From Felis catus (Eukaryota), in NCBI RefSeq assembly GCF_018350175.1, contig NC_058368.1:94924001-94988000 (forward strand): a DNA stretch of 64,000 bases, read 5' to 3'. Shown piece after piece: positions 13,296 to 25,290 of the stretch. The notes beneath the pieces were generated by a model, which was given only the letters and a program-made list of their open reading frames with translations, was not told where the DNA came from and ran no database searches. The position numbers and the translations under genes were made by a program. Within the stretch, counting starts at the first letter, position 1, and every line of letters begins with the position of its first letter.

Positions 13296-13518
13296 AAAAA
13301 AAATTTTTTTTTTAACATTTATTTATCATTGAGAGACAGAGAGAGACAGACTGTGAGAAGGGGAGGGGCAGAGAGAGAGGGGGAGACACAGAATCCGAAG
13401 CAGGCTCCAGGCTCCGAGCTGTCAGCACAGAGCCTGACGTGGGGCTCACACTCTCGAACCGCGAGATCATGACCCGAGCCGGTCGGATGCTTAACCAACT
13501 GAGCCACCCAGGCACCCC
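13296..13518 (-). mobile_element. CanSINE
   Basis: TSD tgagccattattta at 13282-13295 and 13521-13534. Confidence 0.92.
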
Positions 13519-13639
13519 ATTGAGCCATTATTTATTTAATATTTTAATTTTACTTGGCCAACTTTGTCAGTATTTTGGTGTCATCTCAGGCAATACTATC
13601 TGTGAAATGGCTTACAGCTTGTAAACACCATGACAATTA

Positions 13640-13810
13640 AAAAAAATTTTTTTTTAATTTCTAGTTAGTTAACATACAGTGTAATATTGGTTTCAGCAGT
13701 AGAATTTAGTGATTCATCGCTTACATGTACCACCCAGGGCTCATCTCAAGTGCCCACCTTAGTGCCCATTGCCCATCTAGCCGATTCCCCCCACCCACCT
13801 CCCTCTATGA
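13640..13810 (-). mobile_element. L1 extreme 3' end fragment
   Basis: tagttaacatacagtgtaatattggtttcag...gtgattcatc; flanking repeat catgacaatt at about 13629 and 13814. Confidence 0.8.
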
Positions 13811-13822
13811 GACATGACAATT

Positions 13823-14015
13823 TAATTTTTTTTATGCTTATTCATTTTTTTAGGGGGGAAAAAGGCAGAGAGAGAGGGAGACACAGAATCCAAAGCAGGC
13901 TCCAGGCTCTGAGCTGTCAGCACGGAGCCTGACGCGGGCTCAAATCGACAAAATGTGAGATCATGACCCAAGCTAGAGTCAGATGCTTAACCAACTGAGC
14001 CACCCAGGCACCCCT
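13823..14015 (-). mobile_element. CanSINE
   Basis: SINE motifs. Confidence 0.88.
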
Positions 14016-14854
14016 AAATATAAAATCTTAAAAGAAAATAGCATTTGTGTAGCACTATAAGTCATCTGAAGAGCCATACTTTGGTAATTAAGTCCAGGGG
14101 GACCAAGAACTGTCTTCTTCTTCTGCATGGCCTTCTCTGTACTCAGAGCTTTGAGAGCTGCAGTCTGCCACCTCCGAGCGTCCCTGGTTTGGTTGGGACA
14201 GTGACAATGCAGACAAGCCCCGTGGTACAACAGGGCAGCCCCTACCCTCTGCGATGGGAGCCGCGTTTCCTGATACAGGCTAGCTGGGGTGATGCTTTAC
14301 GAACAGTCACCGTATTTTCAGGACACCAAAGTGGGATGCACCGTTTGTCCACAGGATAGGATATTCAAAACTGAGATATTTCCAGAAAATACAGGCATTG
14401 AGCTCGCTGTTGTCAAACAGCTTCTAAGGTGGGGGTGCGGCCCTTCTCCTGCCCCATCACGGGCCTGGGGACAGCATGTGCCCTTTGCTGCCTCGCTGGG
14501 GTTTTATGAGCTGGTTTGAAAGTAGCTAGACATTTTCACAGACTTTACTTCCTTGTTACTACTTCATGGCCTGAGGTTCTTTGATGAGCATTCGCTGGTG
14601 TGGTCAAAACTTGCTGGAGAGAAAGAGGGAGAGAGCCAGTGCAGCCGAGTTGAGGTGGGGACTAGGGGCCTCCCCACTGAGACGGAAAATAATGTGGAAG
14701 CCCAGGAGTCCCCCACCAGGCAGAGAAAGGGGGATAGAAGAGAAAATAAAAGTGGTCCCACTTGGGTGGGGTCTTCATGATATTTACAGAGTAAAGGATT
14801 TACCATGTGAGTTTCCTGCCTCGGTCACCCCGGGGAATTTTCTTTGTACGCATT

Positions 14855-15010
14855 GGTCAGTTGGGACTCTTGACTGCAAGTGACAGAAAAGCCAGCTCAG
14901 ATGGCCTTTGGCACACACAAAATGCGGGGACTCCGGTAGGCTGCAACGCACAGGGCGGGGCTGATTGCAGGCACGGCTGGACTTGAACTTCAGCATGTTC
15001 AGGACTCACC
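14855..15010 (-). mobile_element. Old MaLR LTR fragment (MLT1J/K-like)
   Basis: tcagttgggactcttgactgcaagtgacagaaaa...caggcacggctgga. Confidence 0.55.
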
Positions 15011-15804
15011 TTCTCTGAACTGCAAAGGAGAAAAAAAACGAAGGGCAATGACCAGACGTTGAACGTGGTTCAGAAAGATCTCTCCCGGGGTATTTGCACC
15101 CAATGGGCAAAATAATGTATGGATTTCCATCACCAAATTGGGACATGGCCTGTCAGACTTCTACATTAGAAAGATGGCGAAATTCTTTTTTTTTTTTTTT
15201 TTTTTTGAGACAATGATACAACAGTCCTTTGCAGTGATTGAGACTTTTAGAAACACCCTCCCGGCCAGAATCATTGTGGCCAAGGATGTGCCTTCCTACT
15301 TGTGTCCCCAAATTTATCCGACACCGCAACCCAAAGATACGGGCCACGAAGGAAGCCAGAGAGACTTGGTTTAGTATTTCCTGACCAAGAATCCAGAATA
15401 ACTCAAACTTACCGCTAGACACGGACATTTGTTTCCTTCCAGAACCTTTAAAATAAAATCGATATTCTTCATGTATCTGTCTGGAGGAAGGGTCTCAGAC
15501 AACCTCCCAGGGTCATCTTTTGCCCTGAGGCTTGATAAACCACAGCGGTCTGTGACTGCGCCTTCTCCTTGCCCCAATCCTCACCAGCCTGGCTTCTGTG
15601 CTGGCTGCTGTTAGCAACTGCCTCCTCTCCCCTGAACATGAGCCAGCTGCTGACTTGGCCGGGAGAACCACGGCTTTGCTGCCATTTACCTTGGAATCAT
15701 ACAAATTAAAGCTGACTTGATGCTCTCCGATGTACCAAGAGCTTTCACTTTTCATACTGTATCTCAACAGATTACCTAATACCCTCTACCAGGAAGGCTG
15801 AGAT

Positions 15805-16233
15805 TATAAGCGTTCTCGGTTATCGCTGCATACCCGACCACCTCTACCCTCAAACACAGTGGCTGAAAACACTAACAATTATTGTTTTAACCACATGGGT
15901 TTCCAACTGGGAATGTGCTCCATTGAGGAAGGCTCATCGCAGCTCCACGAAAGATAAGCAGAGACTATTGGACAGGTGGGCTTCTCCAGGAATGCTTGGG
16001 TTTCCTCCGAGTATGGTGGCTGGGCACGAAGAGCACGCATCCAAGAGACACGGAGTGAAAATTTGCCATTTTTTTCCAAAGACCTGAGTCTGGACACTGC
16101 CATAGCAGAATTTATATCAAATTCTACTGGTCAGACTGTCACAAAGCCCAGATTGAAGGGGTAGGCACAAAGGCTTCTACCTTCCATTGGGGGGAGTGGC
16201 AGGGAATCAGGGGGCCATGTTTTACAATCGCCA
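15805..16233 (-). mobile_element. Old MaLR LTR (MLT1G/H-like)
   Basis: cagtggctgaaaaca...tggtggctggg...attctactggtca...cacaaagcccagattgaagggg...ggggccatgtttt. Confidence 0.6.
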
Positions 16234-16983
16234 AACTGAGATGGGATCATTGAAGCATCAAGAAGTCTCGTGATTTGTGTGAGACCACTTCAGTCGACAT
16301 CTGTAGAGGTAACCTGTCTAACTTGTTACCACCTTCGCAGAGATTTGCTCTTTATCCATGGGCTGGTCCCTGAAGCCCTGTTCATACTCTGGAATCAAGT
16401 ACCATAGGATTTCCATGGTCTGTGTGAGTGGTGCCCCTGGCATGGTGCAATGCCCCCGCGTAAGAGCCCCATTGTGACTTGCTCCCAGGAATTTGGAATT
16501 GGGATGCTGGCAGACTGGGACTGTAATAGGTTGGGTTTACGTTCCTTGAGTACTTGGGGTAAGGGGTCAGTGGGGTCAGTCGTGGGGTCAGAGAGCGAGG
16601 CACGAGAGCAGGGGGCGAGAGCAGGGGGCACCACTGATACATGTTTGACATAGGGGAGGTTATTTCTTTTTCTCTGGGTGTCAGTGTCCCATAAATAAGG
16701 ACGGTTAATGATGTTAATAATCTGTGTTCTTGTAGTTCAAGGTGGGGCTGGAATATCCAAACGTAGCTTCCTAAAGTACTTTCAGTGTCTTATCTTGTAA
16801 TATTTTGATTCCTGTCTTAGCATTGCCAAATGACTGAGAATGGGTAAAAGGTGACTCATTTTGTGATTGATGCACAATCTGAAGCCACTGATCATCTACT
16901 TCAGAGTTGGGTGGCTGAGGCAGAGCTCCCAAGAGCACTGGGATACCTGGGCAATGGGTCACTGCGACCATGGAAAGTTCTAA

Positions 16984-17387
16984 TGAAACAGCGGACCTAT
17001 GCCAGCTGACTCCATCTTGTTCTGTGTCCTCCACCTTGAGTGACTATGTCCCCGACATGCCCCCTTTCCGGGAAAATCGCAGAAACCTCAGACCACGCCT
17101 CCTCCCTTGAGTAACCTCCTGCTCATCCGTTCAAACTTCCTGATCAAAACATGCCCTGCGACCTGCGTAACAGGACTCCGACCCTTCCCCAGCCAATCGG
17201 CCGAGGCTACAACCATTACCTCACCAGCTGCCCCTAGACCCCTATAAAACCTTTGTGCTTTTGAAACTCGCTCTCTCTCCCTGGCATCTCACCGCTGCGT
17301 CGGTGCAGGTAGGGGATTGAGCTCGAGCTAGCTCATTAGACTCGGCTCCCTGGTGTTCTTTGTAGATCACGAATTCTGGGCATAACA
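16984..17387 (+). mobile_element. ERV solo LTR (ERV1-like), 404 bp
   Basis: TG...CA termini, 4-bp direct repeat ctaa at 16980-16983 and 17388-17391, CCAAT at 17193-17197, TATAAAA at 17243-17249. Confidence 0.85.
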
Positions 17388-17499
17388 CTAACAGGGCCAG
17401 TCTTACCTTGTAGGGCTGCTGTGTGGGCTAAAGGATATCATAGCCACAGAGGAACTCATCAACCATGGGACACCTCATGACCTTGGTTTTGCTATATTC

Positions 17500-17709
17500 C
17501 AGTGGTTCTTAACTGGGATGATTTTGCCCCCAGGGCACAATTGGTAGTGTCTGGAAACATTTTTGGTTGTCACAAGTGGGGAGGGGGTGGTACTGGCATC
17601 TAGTGGGCAGTGGGCAGGCCACTTACAATGCACAGAACAGCCCCCCACCCTCCCCAAAAAAGGATTATCCAGCCCAAAATATCAATAGTTTCCAGGTTGA
17701 GAAATCGTG
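17500..17709 (+). mobile_element. hAT-Charlie MER20
   Basis: cagtggttcttaactggg...ttttgcccccaggg...tttttggttgtcaca...tggcatctagtgg...tacaatgcacag...aggttgagaaa. Confidence 0.85.
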
Positions 17710-18073
17710 CTATATCCTACCACCCAAGAGAAAATTTGGATTTACCATTTACATTGACTCAGAGTTTATATTACAGCTCAAATTTGTAATACTGGGGCTT
17801 TTCTTTCTGGGTCATGACTTTGTCATCTTGAAGAAAACCCAAATATGCCTCTTGTGTTAATGTCATGAGTCCATACCTCCTTGCCCCGGATACACACACA
17901 CTTTCACATGTGACTTCCAGTCGGCTCATTTGACTACACGTGGTGTGCCTGTTCTGTGCCCGTGTCAGCTCATGTGGGAAACTCACTCTCTGTCTCAGTA
18001 TCCACTGCAGTGTGAGGGTGTGTGTATTCATGCCATACCCACTAGACAATTTGTGCATGCGTGCAGGACAGTA

Positions 18074-18076
<3 letters not shown>

Positions 18077-18104
<28 letters not shown>
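18077..18104. repeat. (TG)n microsatellite
   Basis: Directly visible. Confidence 0.9.
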
Positions 18105-18108
<4 letters not shown>

Positions 18109-18309
18109 TCTTTCAGAGAGGATTGGGATACAATAAGAGATCTATAAGGCAACAATATCCCAGTCCTTAGTTTTCCACCTGCTGTGCTAATGGGCCACAT
18201 GTAACCATAAGTGGTGCAACAATGGGTCTCTGAAAAGTAGAGAGTGAGCAGGTGCCATTCCTTAGAGGTAGCTATGAGAGAATGATATTTTAAAAATGGA
18301 ATGTTCTCT

Positions 18310-18945
18310 GGGGCTCCTGGGTGGCTCAGTCAGTTAGGCATCTGACTTCAGCTCAGGTCATGATCTCGCAGTCTGTGAGTTTGAGCCCAGCATTGGGCTC
18401 TGTGCTGACAGCTCAAAGCCTGGAGCCTGCTTCGGATTCTGTGCCTCCCTCTCTCTCTGCCCCTAACCCACATGCATTCTGTCTCTCTCTCAAAAATAAA
18501 TAAACATTGGGGCGCCTGGGTGGCTCAGTTGGTTGAGCGTCCAACTTCGGCTCAGGTCATGATCTCACAGTCTGTGAGTTCGAGCCCCATGTTGGGCTCT
18601 GCGCGGACAGCTCAGAGCCTGGAGCCTGCTTCGGATTCTGTGTCTCCCTCTCTCTCTGCCCCTCCCCCGCTCATGCTCTGTCTCTCACTCTGTCAAAAAT
18701 AAATAAACCTTAAAAAAATTTTTTTTAATAAAAAAATAAAAATGGAGTGTTCTGGGGGTGCCTGGGTGGCTCAGTCGGTTAAGGGTCCGATTATTATTCT
18801 CATCTCAGGTCATCATCTTGCAGTGTGTGAGTTTGAGCCCCACAAAGGGCTCTGCACTCCTGGTGCAGGATTGTCTCTCTCTGCCTCTCCCCTCTCACTT
18901 GCATGCTCTCTCTCTCTGTCTCTCAAAATAAATAACTCAACCAAA
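18310..18945 (+). mobile_element. Three tandem CanSINEs (18310-18508, 18509-18737, 18754-18945)
   Basis: Three gggg..cctgggtggctcagt heads. Confidence 0.92.
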
Positions 18946-20256
18946 AAGAATGGAATGTTCTGCAAAAAAAAAAAAAAAAGTGCCAAGAAAAGTATCTCTC
19001 AAACATTTTTTGACCATAACCTTCGGGGAAAAAAAAATCTGCTATCACCGCCCCGTATACCTCTCAATACATATAATTCAAACAAAAGTTGCACAAGAAA
19101 AATACCCCCTTATTACGTGGAAGGCTGTCAGGTATTTTCTTTTCTATTTTATTTGGCAAAAATGGTGCAAGTCCCCTGAAACTTTGTGACTCACCAGTGG
19201 CTCTGACCTGCATTTGAAAACGGTGAGGGGGCGGCGCTAGACTGTGAGACCCGCCCACGGGAGGTGGGCGTGGGTAAGGAAGGTTGAGTGAGGCTGCCGG
19301 AGTTGACAGAGGTGGCACCCGTAAGGCCCAGGTACCACATGATCCTTCACGGTGGTATCCCCGGTCCCTAGCAGAACAGGGAAAGGTTGTAATGCAGGAG
19401 GCCAAATCAGCAGTGAATACAAGGCCGTCATCGGGGCGTCAAGGGATGGCTGAAGGGGGGGAGAGAGCGTGGGCACGCTGGGACAAACCTCAGAGGGTGG
19501 GTTTTTCTCTGAGTGGAAGCATATTGGTGGTAGAGAAGAATCACAGTCATCCTTCTGGGCCCATGAACTCATGGCTCGAAATGCAGCACGGCTGCGTCCA
19601 TGAATTTGTTCTTTTGCAAAGCATGTATTCAGCACCAACTAAGTGAATACAGCGGCCACACACTTCCGTGTCCCGTTGCGTTCTTCCTAAGAGCATCCAA
19701 GTGCATCTTAAACTTGATGCTAAGGGCTTGACAGCTACACCCGGGGCCCTGGTAACATGCTCTGCTTTCTCTCATACTTGACCATCTGCACTAACATGCA
19801 GGGAGCCAAATGCCAGACAGCAACAAAAAAAGGGTACAAATGTGAACTCGTTCTAGAGGACTTGAAAATGGTTCTTGATCCCATTATAACATAGATTTGA
19901 AGGCAAGGTTGTCTCCCTCAGATGGGCTTGAATGCCCGAAAGAGCCCTGGGAATAAGCAAGCAGCCAATCTACAGCCTAATGACAGAGGACTCGGGTCAT
20001 TGGACTCCAATTATTGCTTCAGGCATAATGTCCCTGCTTCAAGCCCTTTGGGAGAAGCCTGGGTTTGAAAAGATCACAGTTTATTTACCTCTTTCTGGCT
20101 CAATATCCATCTGTAGTTCTGAAAGAGCAAGAGGCAGCTAAAGACGCTGCTATCTCTGCCTCTTGGCAGAGTCTGGAGTCCGTTGGACCTATGTGCAAAT
20201 TCCAGCTTGGTTGCTCACCAGCTTTCCCACCTAGATATCTCGATGTCAGTTTTCCA

Positions 20257-20679
20257 TTTTTTTTTTTTAAGAGAGAGAGAGGGGGGTGGGGTGTGGAGAG
20301 GGAGAGACAGAATCCCAAGCAGGCTCCACACTCAGCATGGAGCCAGACACGGGACTCGATCCCATGACTCTGGGATCGTGACCTGAGCTGAAATCCAGGG
20401 CTGGACATTTAACTGACTGAGCCACCCAGGTGTGCCCCATTTTTAATAAAGGGTTCTTGTGAACATTAAAAAAGTTTTTTTTAACATTTATTCATTTTTG
20501 AGAGACAAAGAGTGCAAGCAGGGGTGGGGCAGAGAGAGAGGGAGACACAGAACCTGAAGCAGGCTCCAGGCTGTGAGCTGTTGGCACAGAGCCAGATGCA
20601 GGGCTTGAACTCACGAACCATGAGATCATGACCTGAGCCGAAGTCAGACACTTAACTGACTGAGCCACCCAGGTGCCCC
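20257..20679 (-). mobile_element. Two CanSINEs (20257-20438, 20471-20679)
   Basis: The second has TSD gttcttgtgaacattaaa at 20453-20470 and 20681-20698. Confidence 0.92.
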
Positions 20680-20799
20680 TGTTCTTGTGAACATTAAATA
20701 GAATTTTGAGCCTGAAACACATAGCCAAGTACCTGGCTCAAAGCCAATCCCTAAAAATCTTATTTCTTTTGCCATCTTTCCCTTTTTCCTGTCTCCCTA

Positions 20800-21245
20800 T
20801 GGTCAGTGGCTGATTACTTTCAATTCTTCACCCTTTTCTGTGTACCATTTGCCACAGAACGTTGGTATTCCTTCCATGAGAGGCAAGAATATATTATTCT
20901 GCCCCGCTGATCGTGGGCCGGGTTACTTGATTTCGGCTTGGCCAGGTGAGTTGCTTCGACCATTGGGATATTAGCAGATACAACACGAATGGAGGCTTGA
21001 AATGTGTTTTTATGGGTGAGCTTATGCACTTACTGTTCCGATTTTTACCATGAGAGCATCATGCCCCACAGAGCTGCTGGACCAGGAAGATAAGAGTCCG
21101 GTGGTGAAGGAGCTTGGAGTCCAGTCCAGCTGAGCCCTGCCTAGATCAGCTCAACCCCAGCCGATCTACAGACGCACCAGGGAGAAATAAATGTTGATGC
21201 TCGTGTGCCTTTGAGTTGACGTTGCATTGCCCTAGCAATAGTTAA
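20800..21245 (+). mobile_element. Old MaLR LTR (MLT1H/I/J-like)
   Basis: ccatgagagcatcatgccc...ctagatcagctcaaccccagccga...gagaaataaatg...tagcaatagtta. Confidence 0.65.
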
Positions 21246-21902
21246 TGGACCTTACAGTTAATGGACCTTACAGTTTCCACACTCCATGGTAAATGCGGCA
21301 TATATTAAATAGCCCAGACACCTAACTGTTCCGGGGCAGGATGATGTGAATCGTGGCACGTAGAAGGGACCGGAGCTTTTGTCTCCTGCTAAACCCAAAA
21401 AACATTTTGTGGTGTCACGTGCTGAAACTCCCCTCCATCTTTATTTGTGATTGGGGGTTTGATAGCAAAGCAAGGCTCTTTGGAGGTGGTGCTATTTCCT
21501 GCCAGGTAATAGTGCCAGAATTCTCGTTGCTTTGAGCAGGGTCAAACGATTGGTAATAGAAAAAGGTAAGCACGCTTTGTATGAAACAGGATCGTATTGA
21601 TTTCAGAAGGACACGAGAATTCTTCTTGGGTGAGGTTGTTTGCTCTCAGGTGATCATAAGGTAGCTTGAGCCATCAGTGGTGCGGAAACTCAAGGGACTC
21701 CCTTCCTGTGCATGGAACAGAGAGGCACCGGTCACAGGGCTCCAGGAGACTGCCTTCACAATGGCCCTGCTGATTCATCTGGGTGGGGGGGCGGGGAGGG
21801 GGGTTGTACCCAAGCAGATGGGGGGGAGGAGCTACAGAAGTGTCCTGAGATAGAGCAGGTGAGGCATTTACGCTCTGAGTATCAGTGAGCTGGTGGAGTG
21901 AT

Positions 21903-22609
21903 TTTCATGGGGTTTTGGAGCCGCGGGGGTTTGGAGCCAACGACCAAGAAAGAATTCCTGAAGACGTCTTTGGTGCAAAAGGTGATTTTATTAAAGCACA
22001 GACACAGGACCCATGGGCAGAAAGAGCTGCACTGGGGTTGTGAAGAGTGACTAAGATGGAGTTGAGGGAGGTAAGGTCAAAGGGAGGCCTCCAGAGGGAC
22101 TTTGATATGCTAAAGAGGACTCCTAAAATACCTGAGGCCTTGCTTTTGTCCCGCTAAGGTTGTTTTCCCTCTAGTAAGGCATTAACATTAGGATGGGAGG
22201 GGGGGTCCTAGAGAAAGGTTCTACTCTGCATTGGCCTCAAGCATTTGTCAATGGGTTGCAGGTTATAAAGAAGTGAATTTTACCTGCCATTTCCTTCTTG
22301 AATTGTTCCCCACATCAACTATGGGGGGAGTGGTGATATTAGGGGCTCCAGAAAACTCAGTCTGTAGGTTTCTGGAGATTAGGCTATAGGAAAAAAGATT
22401 GCCTTTTTTTCTTGTAATTTACTAAGGTATTTGCAAATTGATGGAGACTCCTGTCCTGCAGGACTGTGATCTCTATCAGTTAACCATTGGTGTTCTGTCC
22501 TTTCCTTTGTCCTTGGGCAGTTGGGAGTGCCTGAGCAATATCACACATGTCCCACCTGGAGGAGGGGGGCGGGGTGATAGCTTGTGTTTTGGCCTCAGTT
22601 TGCTCATCA
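21903..22609 (-). mobile_element. Carnivore ERV solo LTR (CarLTR-like)
   Basis: Resembles a recalled carnivore LTR (catggggttttggagcc...ccaagaaagaattc...aaagcac...ctcatca). Minus-strand AATAAA at 21992-21987. TSD not resolved. Confidence 0.7.
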
Positions 22610-23467
22610 GTTTGACGGGAATCCCAGCCATGCTCCACCCGCCAACCCAGGTAGTAAGTACGTCCAGCACCATCGAGAGAGCCTGGAGAGCTTACTTTTT
22701 CTAATTCCCCCAGGAGCACAGCATAAACTGGCCACTGCTCTAGGCCAGAACCAAGCACCTGTGTCGGACATCCCTGCAGGCCAAACTCTGGGTTATTGTT
22801 CTTCACCACCGAGGGAACAAAGTTAGTTAAATAAAGCCATTTCTTCCGGCTCCTCTGCAGGAGGACACCTTTCTGAACCTTCAGTAAAGTGCCCTGCGGA
22901 GTTCAGACTGGGCTCCTTCTGAGGAGGATGCGGGGTGGTCCTTCCAAAAAGGAAGCACCTGTTTCCTGGTCACCTGGCAGCGACCTGACCTTCAGCAGCT
23001 GAGTGCTAGAAGGAGCCAATTGCAGACCACAGACAATTCCTCTGGCCCGGAGGACCCTGAAGCGTTTTTCTCTCTCACCAGGGGCACACTACCACCCCCC
23101 CCAACCCCATTAGGTAATGAGGGACACCCATGGTGGGACAGAAAGCAGGGAGTGTCCTGACACACCCTGGTTACAATTCTCTTCCATTTCAAAAGCAAAA
23201 GTCATTTCCAGCTTTTAATTTTGTGCCCAGGGCTCTGCGCTTCCTCATTTTCTCTTTCCTGTTTGTAAAACACTCAAGATAGATCCAAGTGTGGTGAGGT
23301 CCGATACTTACGCAATCTGGAGGGACTGTTTTATGAAAAATAAAATGTAAACGAACCTTACAGATTTAGGTATAAAAGTGAATCGTTATTTACTATGAGA
23401 ATAGAAGGGGTTGGTATCAGTACCCGGTCCTGAAGTTTGAGCTTTCCTAGCTTCAGGAAGGGGACTT

Positions 23468-23604
23468 CTTCTCCTTCTCTTCCTTCTCCTTCTCCTTCTC
23501 CTTCTCCTTCTCCTCCTTCTCCTTCTCCTTCTCCTTCTCCTCCTTCTCCTCCTTCTCCTCCTTCTCCTCCTTCTTCCTCTCCCTCCTCCCTCCTCCTCCT
23601 TCTC
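23468..23604. repeat. (CCTTCT)n/(CCT)n pyrimidine repeat
   Basis: Directly visible; forms the tail of the adjacent SINE. Confidence 0.95.
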
Positions 23605-23768
23605 CTTTTAAGATTTATTTTTGAGAGAGGGCACAAGCGGGGAAGGGGCAGAGAGAGTGGGGACAGAAGATCCGAAGCAGGCTCTCTGCTAACAGCTCAG
23701 AGACCAATGCAGCTCGATCTCACAAGCCATGAGATTGAGAAGTAGGAAGTTCAATCACCCAGGTGCCT
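23605..23768 (-). mobile_element. CanSINE (diverged)
   Basis: SINE motifs; flanking repeat ctagcttcagg at 23447-23457 and 23769-23779. Confidence 0.85.
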
Positions 23769-24279
23769 CTAGCTTCAGGGTACTTATGCCTCTGGCCACA
23801 GTTGATTCAGTTTCATCCCCCTTTTGTCCAGAACAGGGAGAGGAGCCGGGAGCCAGAGACTCCTCAGAGGGGACAAGGGGAAAGTTCCTCCCTGGGCTTG
23901 CTGTGGGGAAGGCCCTTAGTGCACCCTCCACTGTTCACAGCCAGGCCAACATGGCCGCTGGCCACTTTCTGTGGGGTTGCCCTCACAGGGCACCAGCAAG
24001 GCCATGGCAGAGCTACTGGGTGGATTCAACCCTCCTGACCATAGAAAGAGTTGGGTACTCCTGCTGAGGATCTCCGCAGGCTGTGTCAAGTGTTACCCTC
24101 AGCCCTTTGATCATCCCTCCAGGGAGAGCCTATGGGTAGAACAACAGGGAGGCTCTCTCATGTGCTGGAAAAATCTACCACCACTTCCTGTTTTCTCAGG
24201 GAGCACACCCAACCCTCCCAAAGACCACGTGGTCTAAAGTAATGTCTTCCAAGTCTTCCTTTTCTTAAAATGTGAAGTG

Positions 24280-24489
24280 TATTTATTTATTTTGAGAGAA
24301 CAAGCGAGAGCATGAGTGGGGGAGGGGCAGAGAGAGAGAGAGAGAGAGAGAGAGTGAGAGAATCCCAAGCAGGCTCTGCACTGTCAGCGCGGAGTCCAGT
24401 GAGGTGCTCGAACCCACGAACCATGCGATCATGACCTGGACTGAAACCACGAGTCGGATGCTTAAACAACTGAGCCCACAGGTGTCCCC
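24280..24489 (-). mobile_element. CanSINE
   Basis: SINE motifs. Confidence 0.9.
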
Positions 24490-24980
24490 AATTTACCATT
24501 TTTTTGAGGTAAGAAATGGTAATTAGGGCTTTTTGCCCTACAAATTCATCTAAGGGAGAATGAAAAACGAGGTAGGAGGGATAGAGTAGGTACTTTACTG
24601 GATAGTTTTTTAGGCCTTAGAAAGGACAAGAGAGAGGAACCAGACCAGGTGTGGCGATCTAGATCTCCAGAATTAATGCATGGCTTTTTTTTTTTTTTGC
24701 ATTTATTTATTTATTAATTATTAATGAATTTTGGATCAATTGTTTTCTACTGCTTTCCTTTACTTCGCTCAAGGAAAGCCAGCTTGTCCCATTTAAGGTC
24801 CTGTGACCACCCCTTATTTATGACAGATAAGGTCATCCTGAGCAGTAGTCCTGTCAAGGAGGCATGAAATGAAGTTCTGCAAAGGGAATCGGGGCGCCGT
24901 TACCAGGAATAAACGGAGAAAGGGTGCGGGAGGCACACACACCAAATGTATGCTCTAGCGGCAGAAGCAGCTTCTTGTTC

Positions 24981-25290
24981 AATCATAGAATCACACTCAT
25001 ATGTGGAATTTAAGAAACCAAACAGGTGAACATAGGGGAAGGGAAGGAAAAAAGATAAAAACTGAGAGGGAGGCAAACCATAAGAGACTCTTGAATACAA
25101 AGAACAAACTGAGGGTTGATGGAGGGGTGTTGGGTGGGGGGAAGGGCCAGATGGGTGATGGGCATTAAGAAGGGCACTTAGGATGAGCACTGGGTGTTCT
25201 ATGTAAGTGTTGAATCGCTAAATTCTACTCCTAAAACCATTATTACACTATATGTTAACTAACTTGGATTTAAACTGAAAAGAAGAAAAG
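24981..25290 (+). mobile_element. L1 3' UTR fragment
   Basis: cactcatatgtggaatttaagaaac...gaggcaaaccataagagactctt...gatgagcactgggtg...tatgttaactaac. Confidence 0.85.

Noticed and set aside
23358..23745. Glu/Gly-rich and Ser/Pro-rich ORFs
   Set aside because: Translations of the (CCTTCT)n repeat.
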